From: a plasmid
Sequence record: OW849299.1
DNA length: 64,000 nucleotides
Strand: one strand, 5' to 3'
Made by a program: the position numbers and the translations under genes. The notes under the pieces are model-generated. The model was not told the DNA's origin. It worked only from the letters and a program-made list of their open reading frames with translations, and did not search any database. This document shows positions 37,614 through 45,247 of the stretch, one piece after another; position 1 is the first letter of the stretch; each line of letters starts with the position of its first letter.

Positions 37614-38048
37614 ATGTGGAAACGTGGCGAAAACAAAGTGATTCTGATGGGGCGTGCTGGCAAAGATGCAGAAGTGCGTTACACCCCAAACAGAACGGCC
37701 ATTGCGAGCCTGACGCTGGCTACAGAAATCAGCTACAGCGACAACGAAGGGAAGGAGCAAAAAGAAACGGAATGGCATGATATTGTCATTTTTGGAAAGA
37801 AAGCCGAAGCAGCTGGGAAGTACTTCAAAAAGGGTATGATGCTGTATTTTGTCGGGCGCATTCGTAATAACAAATGGCAAGGGACAGACGGCAAAATGCG
37901 CAGCAATAAGGAAATTGTGATCGATAATAACGGCGAAATGCAGATGCTGCCGGGAGCTGGGCCACGTAACACCAGTGCAGAAGGCCAGGGAGGCATTGAA
38001 AATCATGATGAACCGCCGTTCCCGGATATGAATGATTACCCGCAGTGA
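37614..38048 (+). CDS. ssb: Single-stranded DNA-binding protein (plasmid SSB).
   Basis: MWKRGENKVILMGRAGKDAEVRYTPNRTAIASLTLAT...TEWHDIVIFGKKAE...DEPPF, with the acidic DxxPF tail. OB-fold pattern of SSB. Confidence 0.9.
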   Translation: MWKRGENKVILMGRAGKDAEVRYTPNRTAIASLTLATEISYSDNEGKEQKETEWHDIVIFGKKAEAAGKYFKKGMMLYFVGRIRNNKWQGTDGKMRSNKEIVIDNNGEMQMLPGAGPRNTSAEGQGGIENHDEPPFPDMNDYPQ

Positions 38049-38103
38049 GTATTTGAGTTAGAACGGCCCGCAGGACGCGGGCCGCCAATCCAGAGGGGGG
38101 AGT

Positions 38104-38415
38104 ATGAATATCAGTGAACAATATCGGGTGGCGGTCGTCAGTACCGGCCATGTAAAAAAAGAAGACGCGGAACTACTGGACAAGGTCTGTAACGATGACT
38201 TGTCCGGTCAAGGTTTGTTCTGGATCGAGAAAAATCGCTATGGGTGGATATTGCGTATTTCTGCTACTGAACAATGGCGAGTGGAATTAACCAGGGCGGG
38301 GATCAGTGCAAGTGCTTTGGATAATATAGCCGCGTTAAATGGTGCCGGGTTCGACTGGATTTGGTTTGACCGGGATGCGGAACAGGTGCCAGAACTGACC
38401 GTTTGGGAGTGGTAA
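38104..38415 (+). CDS. Hypothetical protein (103 aa) downstream of ssb.
   Basis: ORF in the same operon. Confidence 0.45.
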   Translation: MNISEQYRVAVVSTGHVKKEDAELLDKVCNDDLSGQGLFWIEKNRYGWILRISATEQWRVELTRAGISASALDNIAALNGAGFDWIWFDRDAEQVPELTVWEW

Positions 38416-38454
38416 ACCGGTTAAAAATTTGCCTCGAAAAGGGGCATTTTTTTC

Positions 38455-38547
38455 TTGCCTGCAATGGCTCATTAGACGTATAATAATCGTGAAGTTTAAA
38501 AGTGGATATTGATTAAAACGCTCTGTAAATAACGTGGAGAGAATATT
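38455..38547 (+). promoter_or_regulatory. CUP-like promoter, copy L: promoter core only, with a different UTR.
   Basis: cTTGCCtgcaATGGCTCATTAGACGTATAAT, then a distinct 60-nt leader, then ATG at 38548. Confidence 0.6.
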
Positions 38548-39084
38548 ATGGCGGCCTTATACCCTTATGAGGTTTATACCCTTATTGTGTCAGAATTAAT
38601 CGTAAGCCATTTTAATGATGTCGCTATGGTATATCCGGGAAGCGAAGAAATTAAAAAGAACTACGACAGTGAATTAAGTGCTGTACAGGTAGTTAATGGC
38701 ATCAGAGAAAAACTGATTGAAGATGGTGTTATACAGTGCGAACAGTGCCCACTGCTATCCGAGTGGGATGAGAACAAGGTTATCAACCAGCTAATTAAAG
38801 ATTACCGCCTGATTCTCAATCGTGACTATGAACTAAACCGTGTTCGTCAGCAGCTGGCCCCGGAGCTGATCGCACAGATAGAAAACTGGAAAGAGCAGAA
38901 GTATTCCGATTCTGCGAAGGAATACGAGGTGCTCTATGAAACCATCAACATCAACGGAAAGGAGGTTACAGGCAAACTAAACGTAGTTGCAGTAAGTCGC
39001 TTTGATGCTGTTTTCATCGTAGGGCAGCGTCACGCTAACGATAACTTTTTGGTTCTGGATGTGAAGGAGGTGATGAATCATTGA
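38548..39084 (+). CDS. Hypothetical protein (178 aa) next to oriT.
   Basis: ORF after cassette L. Confidence 0.5.
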   Translation: MAALYPYEVYTLIVSELIVSHFNDVAMVYPGSEEIKKNYDSELSAVQVVNGIREKLIEDGVIQCEQCPLLSEWDENKVINQLIKDYRLILNRDYELNRVRQQLAPELIAQIENWKEQKYSDSAKEYEVLYETININGKEVTGKLNVVAVSRFDAVFIVGQRHANDNFLVLDVKEVMNH

Positions 39085-39143
39085 AATCCAGAAAAGGTGC
39101 CGGATTGCGCCAACAATCCGGCTGGGTAGGCAATTTAAATTGT

Positions 39144-39293
39144 GAGGTTCAAAATGCCATTGTGGATTATACACTATGCTGAAGATGTCGCAAACGGAGT
39201 GCAAACAAAGTCGCATCCGATGAACGCAGCGCAATGGGATCACTTCCGTTTCTGGTTGGCAGTGTTCCGGCGGATTAAAGAAGCCGCAATGTA
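39144..39293 (+). CDS. Possible 49-aa small ORF followed by a strong terminator (aggggcgctgtatgcgcccctttttaat at 39300-39333).
   Basis: RBS context tgtgaggttcaaaATG is identical to the one in front of parM. Confidence 0.25.
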
Positions 39294-39585
39294 ATCTGTA
39301 ACTGTCTCAGGGGCGCTGTATGCGCCCCTTTTTAATATCCTTGCCCGGACTCCTTTCCCTGTAAATTTATCGGGATCAAGGGCGGATCGTGGCCCTGAAC
39401 GTGCGCACCATTGAGCGCTGCATCGCAGCGGAACCGGAAAATTTTTTTCCGGCCAATGAGTGCCCTTGTCACCGGAACGGTGACAAGTATGCACGCACAA
39501 TTACACGAACAGGCAGCACCCATGCCCGGCCTGACAGGCCGGGAGCTATATCATAATGTGGGATGCTATATGTGAAAGGTGAAGG

Positions 39586-39951
39586 TTAATACTGCGGACC
39601 TGAAGCGTCAGGATTCTGAGCGGTAGAGCTATTTTGTGTGCGCTGCTCTTCGTCAACTCCAGTGATTTTTTTTCGGCTGTTGCTGGTTCTTTTTTTTCCA
39701 ACTCGTCCGGCAGTAATGTCCTTGATATCACGTAATGTAACGTCTGAAAAACCCGCATCGTTGAGGAATTTCAGTATCTCTTTATCTTCATATCCTTTCG
39801 AATCTTTCAGCTTCTTAATGTCAGACTTAAGCTCGTCGAGTACGTGCTTTTTCTCAAGCCTTTCCGACGTCACATCAGGCAAGTCGTCGAGAATGCTTTT
39901 GAATTTTCCGATGTCCTCACTGCTATAAAATGCTTTCTTTTTTGCAGGCAT
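39586..39951 (-). CDS. Basic/Lys-rich small protein (about 121 aa from MPAKKK) divergent from nikA. Possible relaxosome or oriT accessory protein.
   Basis: ORF with a KK-rich N-terminus, next to oriT. Confidence 0.4.
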   Translation of the reverse strand: MPAKKKAFYSSEDIGKFKSILDDLPDVTSERLEKKHVLDELKSDIKKLKDSKGYEDKEILKFLNDAGFSDVTLRDIKDITAGRVGKKRTSNSRKKITGVDEEQRTQNSSTAQNPDASGPQY

Positions 39952-40135
39952 ATGCCCTCCCAATAATGTCAAAATCGCCATGCCGAACCGGAGAAAATCG
40001 ACCCAGGCTATTCGGGTGATTTTACATGATGCCCGGCACGATTCAATTGCTCTGCCTGCCAGGCCCTTCGCTGCTGGCTTTCAAACCTCGCCGATGGTAG
40101 AATTCAATGAGGTATTTAAGTACGGGACAAGATGT

Positions 40136-40176
40136 GTTTTTGGAGTACCGCCGACACGCGGCGGCCGTCCAAAAAC
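40136..40176. promoter_or_regulatory. oriT: Candidate oriT core: a nested inverted repeat 50 bp upstream of nikA.
   Basis: Outer arms gtttttgga/tccaaaaac at 40136-40144 and 40168-40176. Inner hairpin ccgccg-acac-gcggcgg at 40148-40164. Confidence 0.5.
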
Positions 40177-40225
40177 GTCTTGGTCAGGGCAAGCCCCGAC
40201 ACCCCCTAACGAGGTTAGCTATCTG

Positions 40226-40543
40226 ATGAGCCGTAGCGAGAGCAGAAAAACAGACGATCGAATCCAGGTGAGATGTTCCACAGAAGTGAAAGCTAAACTC
40301 ACCGAAAAGGCCCATGAAGCAGGGCTTAGTCTTAGTCAATATCTTATCAAATCTGGGCTTGGAAAGCGCATTCAATCGAAAGGCAATTACAATGCACTTG
40401 CCGCTCTTGTAAAGATAACAGCCCTTCAAAAACATCTGTTTAACGAAGGTGCCGGAGTTCATAGCAAGGAGTATTCAGAGATTCTGATCGAGGTCAAAAA
40501 GGCCGCACAGAAACTGCAACAGGAGATGGATGGTGATACCTAA
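40226..40543 (+). CDS. nikA: NikA-like ribbon-helix-helix relaxosome accessory protein.
   Basis: 106 aa ...LSLSQYLIKSGLGKRIQS...LQKHLFNEGAG..., similar to R64 NikA. The ORF-track version (from 39980) is an upstream extension. Confidence 0.8.
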   Translation: MSRSESRKTDDRIQVRCSTEVKAKLTEKAHEAGLSLSQYLIKSGLGKRIQSKGNYNALAALVKITALQKHLFNEGAGVHSKEYSEILIEVKKAAQKLQQEMDGDT

Positions 40544-42509
40544 AATCATTGAGGGCCGAAGGGACAAAAAGTCCAGCTTTGGTCAGCTGATTAAGTACAT
40601 GGCAGACAAGCCGTCTCAGGAGTTGACTGATACAGTTCAGCCTACTCCTGAGACGGCTTTGGCTGTTAAATCAGATATGTTCGAAGGGTTAAACAATTAC
40701 CTGACCCGTAAGCAGAAAGTGATCAGCACACCGGTGGATGTTGAGCCAGGTGTACAGCGTGTTGTGGTTGGTGATGTTACCTGCCAGTACAATACCTTCT
40801 CGCTCGATGGTGCAGCACAGGAAATGAATTCAGTTTCTCAGCAAAGCACACGCTGTAAAGATCCAGTTATGCACTATGTTCTCTCATGGCCTGACTATGA
40901 AAAGCCGAATGATGATCAGGTTTTCGATTCGGTGAAGTTTACACTGGCATCGATGGGCATGTCCGATCACCAGTATGTTGCTGCCATCCACCGGGATACA
41001 GATAACCTGCATGTGCATGTTGCTGTTAACCGCATCAATCCCCAGACATATAAAGCAGCCTCATCGAGCTTTACCAAAGACACTCTTCATCAGGCGTGCC
41101 GCTTACTGGAATTGAAGAATGGTTGGTCCCATTCAAACGGTGCATATGTGGTTAATGACCGTCAACAGATTGTCCGGAACCCTCACAGCAAGAAAGAGCG
41201 GGGCAACTGGCGCTCACTCGATCGCATCAACAAGATGGAGAATAAAGAGGGGGTTGAAACGCTCTATCGCTATATCGTTGGTGATGAACAGGTAGGCGGT
41301 AGTCGTCAAAACTTGATCCATGTTTCAGCTGGGCTTCGTGAAGCCAAAAGCTGGGATGATGTGCATAAGACATTTGCAGACATCGGTCTTCGTGTCGAAA
41401 AAGCACAGGGGAAAAAGGGCTACGTCATTACCCACGAACATCAAAACCAGAAGACGGCTGTTAAGGCGAGTCTGGTATTTAACAAGGCGCAATATACCCT
41501 GAAGTCGATGGAAGAGCGCTTTGGTGAATACCAGCCTTCACATATTGAACCGGCCAAAGTATCGGTATTTAAAACCGCATATACCCCTGGTGCTTATCGT
41601 CGAGATGCCAATAAACGTCTGCAGCGTAAAATTGAGCGCGCAGAAGAAAGAATGCTGCTCAAGGGTCGCTATCGCGCCTACCGAAACAATTTACCGATAT
41701 ATTCTCCGGATAAGGATCGCATCGCCGATGAATACCGGAAAATTGCCCAACATACCCGGTTGGTGAAAAATAACGTCCGGCATTCTGTTTCAGATCCTCA
41801 TACCAGAAAGCTGATGTACAACCTGGCTGAGTTCAAACGCCTGCAGGCGGTTGCCAATCTGCGTCTTAGCTTGCGTGAAGAACGCAACGGCTTCAGGGCG
41901 GCTAACCCACGGCTTTCTTACCGGGAGTGGGTCGAACAGGAAGCACTGAAGGGTGATAAGGCAGCGCTCAGCCAAATGAGGGGCTTTGCCTATTCCTCCA
42001 GGAAGAAGGAGAAGTATAAACAGCAACTGGTTGAGCAGATCGGGTTCAACCGTACCTTTAACGCCATCACCAGTCATGATCGTGATGATGTGGCCGTAAT
42101 GGCCTCAGCACGTCATGGTGTCAAGCCACGGCTTTTGAAAGACGGTACTGTTATCTTTGAGCGCGACGGTAAACCGGTAGCGGCTGATCGTGGTCATATT
42201 GTGCTGACAGAAAGTAATGGAATCGACAAAGAGAAAACGGCTGACCTTGCAATTGCATTAACGATTGCTGGTAAAGCCAAATCTGTTCGTGTTGATGGTG
42301 ACGGCGAGTTTAAGGAACTGTGCTGTAATCGTATCGTCGATGCAGCTGTGAACCACAATCACCCTGTCGCGCAGGGCATTACCTTCACAGATGCCGCTCA
42401 GCAGGCGTATGCTCAAAACGAGAAACATCGTTTGATTCGTGAGCAAAATAATAGTAAAAATGAAATGCAATTCAGAAGTGAAAGCGACGACAAATTCAAT
42501 CCGAAGTAA
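40530..42509 (+). CDS. nikB: MOBP-family relaxase NikB.
   Basis: MVIPKIIEGRRDKKSSFGQLIKYMADK aligns with the R64 NikB start MNAIIPKKRRDGKSSFEDLVKY. HxH motif HVHVAVNRINP. Confidence 0.9.
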   Translation: MVIPKIIEGRRDKKSSFGQLIKYMADKPSQELTDTVQPTPETALAVKSDMFEGLNNYLTRKQKVISTPVDVEPGVQRVVVGDVTCQYNTFSLDGAAQEMNSVSQQSTRCKDPVMHYVLSWPDYEKPNDDQVFDSVKFTLASMGMSDHQYVAAIHRDTDNLHVHVAVNRINPQTYKAASSSFTKDTLHQACRLLELKNGWSHSNGAYVVNDRQQIVRNPHSKKERGNWRSLDRINKMENKEGVETLYRYIVGDEQVGGSRQNLIHVSAGLREAKSWDDVHKTFADIGLRVEKAQGKKGYVITHEHQNQKTAVKASLVFNKAQYTLKSMEERFGEYQPSHIEPAKVSVFKTAYTPGAYRRDANKRLQRKIERAEERMLLKGRYRAYRNNLPIYSPDKDRIADEYRKIAQHTRLVKNNVRHSVSDPHTRKLMYNLAEFKRLQAVANLRLSLREERNGFRAANPRLSYREWVEQEALKGDKAALSQMRGFAYSSRKKEKYKQQLVEQIGFNRTFNAITSHDRDDVAVMASARHGVKPRLLKDGTVIFERDGKPVAADRGHIVLTESNGIDKEKTADLAIALTIAGKAKSVRVDGDGEFKELCCNRIVDAAVNHNHPVAQGITFTDAAQQAYAQNEKHRLIREQNNSKNEMQFRSESDDKFNPK

Positions 42510-42522
42510 AATGGAGTAAGAA

Positions 42523-43023
42523 ATGAAAATCAAAATGCAAACGGTCCTCGCGGCCGTTTCTGTGTTAGCTCTTGCCGGGTGTGCCTCTCAAAGCGAAAAG
42601 GAAAAACAAATCTCTGCACAGCAGCTGGTAGATCAGGAATTGCGTGAGCAAGCCATTAAGATAAAACTCGCACAGGATGAGCTTTACCAGGCTGGAGCCA
42701 TTAACAGGACCCGTTACAAATTCCCTACCATTATCAATGCAAACAGTCAGTATGTTCGTGTGAGCTGGCAGGGTGATGCTTACGAATTACTGGAGCAACT
42801 GGCTAAACAGCGTGGCCTTCAATTCACCAGTCAGGGGATCAAGTTACCGCTTCCACTCAATATCGATGTTGGTGGTTCGAAGGTTACGTTTGAACAGTTG
42901 CTGACCCTGATCCGACAACAAACGCAGTACCGTGCCACCATCAACCAGAAACCCGGTGAACTGCAGCTGCTTTACCTCACACCATCGAAGAAAGGTTCAT
43001 TCCTCAGAGGGACCCGCCCATGA
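42523..43023 (+). CDS. traH: TraH-like lipoprotein (MPF_I conjugation system).
   Basis: Lipobox LALAGC. Position after nikB, as in IncL/M. Confidence 0.6.
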   Translation: MKIKMQTVLAAVSVLALAGCASQSEKEKQISAQQLVDQELREQAIKIKLAQDELYQAGAINRTRYKFPTIINANSQYVRVSWQGDAYELLEQLAKQRGLQFTSQGIKLPLPLNIDVGGSKVTFEQLLTLIRQQTQYRATINQKPGELQLLYLTPSKKGSFLRGTRP

Positions 43024-43799
43024 AACTTAAACTGATCGTGCTTCTGACGTTACCGCTGCTTGCTGCGAACGTTGCACGCGCGGACGACTCCGATGTTAAA
43101 GGCCTGGATTACTACATGGACCCGCCAAGCCAAAGTGACGATGAGGCCGATGTTACTGGCAGTATGCTAAACGACGCAGCGCACACCATTGGATTTCGCG
43201 GCGGAAAGGCAGAACGCGCTAAAGAAATTCGCGCCGCGCTGGAAAATCAGCGCAGCAACCTTGATTACATGTATTCGTTCCAGCCGCTGATCTCTTCTGA
43301 AGGCTACCTGCCTCCGGTCATTGCTGAAGCTAAAGACGTTGCACACATTACCAATGAGCAAATCCGAACGGCCAACCGTGCCTATGACATTGTGGTGCCG
43401 GCGCGCTTTGTCAGTAACCCGCCGACCTGGAAAAGCTATCTTCTGACCGGGCTGATGGCGCAGCGGATCGAATTGCCTGAACCGGCTGCAATGCCGAAGG
43501 ACGGGAAACAACGTGATATCTGGAAAAAAGCTGTCGCGCTGGGCTGGTCTGACGGTCGCCAAAAAGCTGATGAGATATTCACTGCTAATTTCAATCGCCT
43601 CACACGGGATTACACCGGCATGTTGCGCTACAGCACGCTACTGCAGCAGGGCATGATTAAGGCTCCAGTCATCACACAGCAGCAGCAAACAGTTACAGGG
43701 GATAAAAACCGCCTCATGCTGGGCGATAAAACGAAACGTATGAAGCAGCAAGCTGAGTTTGACATCAACAAACGCAGCTGGAAACCGACCATACGTTAA
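43020..43799 (+). CDS. traI: TraI-like (DotC-like) secreted protein.
   Basis: Signal peptide. Synteny with the IncI/IncL traHIJK block. Confidence 0.55.
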   Translation: MKLKLIVLLTLPLLAANVARADDSDVKGLDYYMDPPSQSDDEADVTGSMLNDAAHTIGFRGGKAERAKEIRAALENQRSNLDYMYSFQPLISSEGYLPPVIAEAKDVAHITNEQIRTANRAYDIVVPARFVSNPPTWKSYLLTGLMAQRIELPEPAAMPKDGKQRDIWKKAVALGWSDGRQKADEIFTANFNRLTRDYTGMLRYSTLLQQGMIKAPVITQQQQTVTGDKNRLMLGDKTKRMKQQAEFDINKRSWKPTIR

Positions 43800-43809
43800 G
43801 GGGCAGTAG

Positions 43810-44973
43810 ATGGAAGCATTCAATTTTGGTCCAACGCTGACGCCCCAGACGCTGGAACGTTTTCTCGTACACTGCTCAAACAATGAAGTGTCCGATATTC
43901 TGTTGCAGGGCGGAGATAAAATCTGGGTAGAACGTCATGGGCGCCAGTTGCCCATGACATCTTACCCGCTCGACAACCTGGAGCTGGAACGTACCGTTGA
44001 TAAGGTGTTCGGTCAGGAGATCAAAGGGACGCTGAAAAGTGCTGCGGTCGTTAATACCGCTATCCAGCTAAGAGGTGATGAAGCGGGCACGATTGGACTC
44101 GGCCGCGGCGAAACCCGCCGGTTCCGCGCGAACTTTACTCAGGCCGATATTTATAAAACAGAAGCGGCAATGTCTCTGACACTCCGTGTTCTGAATGAGG
44201 TTATTCCTCAGCTTAAACAAATGGGTATTGAGCCGGACCTGTTTAATTCTCTGTTGCCGGCTGCCGGCCTCGGACTGATATGCGGCGAGACGGGATCGGG
44301 CAAGTCAACCCTGATGGCCAGCATCTTCCAGTATTGCGGTGAAACGTACCAGGACCGGAAAATCATCACGGTTGAAGATCCCATCGAGTATCGCCTGGGA
44401 AGTCGAGACTGGATTGCGCCGGCGCCGGCACAGTCACAGATTGGGCGCGATATTGATTCCTTCCACAATTTTATCACTCTCTCCGGGCTCCGTCGTTCTC
44501 CGAAGATTATGGGGGTTGGTGAGCTCCTTAACCGCCTGTCATTTGAAGCTGCTGTACTGGCAGGTAAATCCGGCCACTTTTGTCTTGGCACACTGCACGT
44601 CAAAACGGTCGGAGAAGCCATTTCCCGATCATTGCAGAACTATCCGCCGGAAATGCGTGAAGCTGCCGCCTTTGACCTGCTGAGTATCCTTTCTTACATC
44701 ATCGTGCAACGCTTGCTTAAAACAAAAGACGGCCGGCGCAAGGCTGTCCGTGAATATCTCGTCATTGATAACAGCCTGCGCCGCAAACTCTATGACGTTG
44801 ATTACAGCAAGTGGGGCCGCTACATCGACGACCTGTTGATCGCTGAAAACCGCAGTCTGATTCAGAACGCCTGGGCAATGCACCAGGAAGGTTTGATCGA
44901 CGAAGCGGAAGTCATCGAGGTCGCAGGATATATGGACTATCTGGCGTTAAAAGAGGGCAAGTATGGACATTAA
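43810..44973 (+). CDS. traJ: TraJ, a PilT/DotB-like secretion ATPase.
   Basis: Walker A GETGSGKST. 387 aa. Confidence 0.8.
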   Translation: MEAFNFGPTLTPQTLERFLVHCSNNEVSDILLQGGDKIWVERHGRQLPMTSYPLDNLELERTVDKVFGQEIKGTLKSAAVVNTAIQLRGDEAGTIGLGRGETRRFRANFTQADIYKTEAAMSLTLRVLNEVIPQLKQMGIEPDLFNSLLPAAGLGLICGETGSGKSTLMASIFQYCGETYQDRKIITVEDPIEYRLGSRDWIAPAPAQSQIGRDIDSFHNFITLSGLRRSPKIMGVGELLNRLSFEAAVLAGKSGHFCLGTLHVKTVGEAISRSLQNYPPEMREAAAFDLLSILSYIIVQRLLKTKDGRRKAVREYLVIDNSLRRKLYDVDYSKWGRYIDDLLIAENRSLIQNAWAMHQEGLIDEAEVIEVAGYMDYLALKEGKYGH

Positions 44974-45223
44974 CAAATGGCGTTATGCCGGCCGGCCACT
45001 GACGGTTTTTGGTGTGCCTGTTATCTCGTTTCTTGTGTACTTCATCTGGTTTCCGTTCCCGTCAGTAAAAACCTTTGTTATCTGCACCTGTGTGGTTCTC
45101 TTTTACTTTCTGCTGGCCATGATGGGCTACACGTTACCGGTGCTGTACCAGGTCATTCTCCGGGTTATCCGCGGGAAAAAACTTACCGGGCGGCCGTGGT
45201 GGTACCGGCGCTCTCAGCGATAA
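44963..45223 (+). CDS. traK: TraK-like small membrane protein.
   Basis: 86 aa with two transmembrane segments. Synteny. Confidence 0.5.
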   Translation: MDINKWRYAGRPLTVFGVPVISFLVYFIWFPFPSVKTFVICTCVVLFYFLLAMMGYTLPVLYQVILRVIRGKKLTGRPWWYRRSQR

Positions 45224-45247
45224 CACATAACTACAGGGGTAGACAGT

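Noticed and set aside
39980-40543. 187-aa ORF spanning the oriT region and nikA.
   Set aside because: Only the last 106 aa resemble NikA. The upstream part covers the inverted-repeat oriT region and is most likely non-coding.
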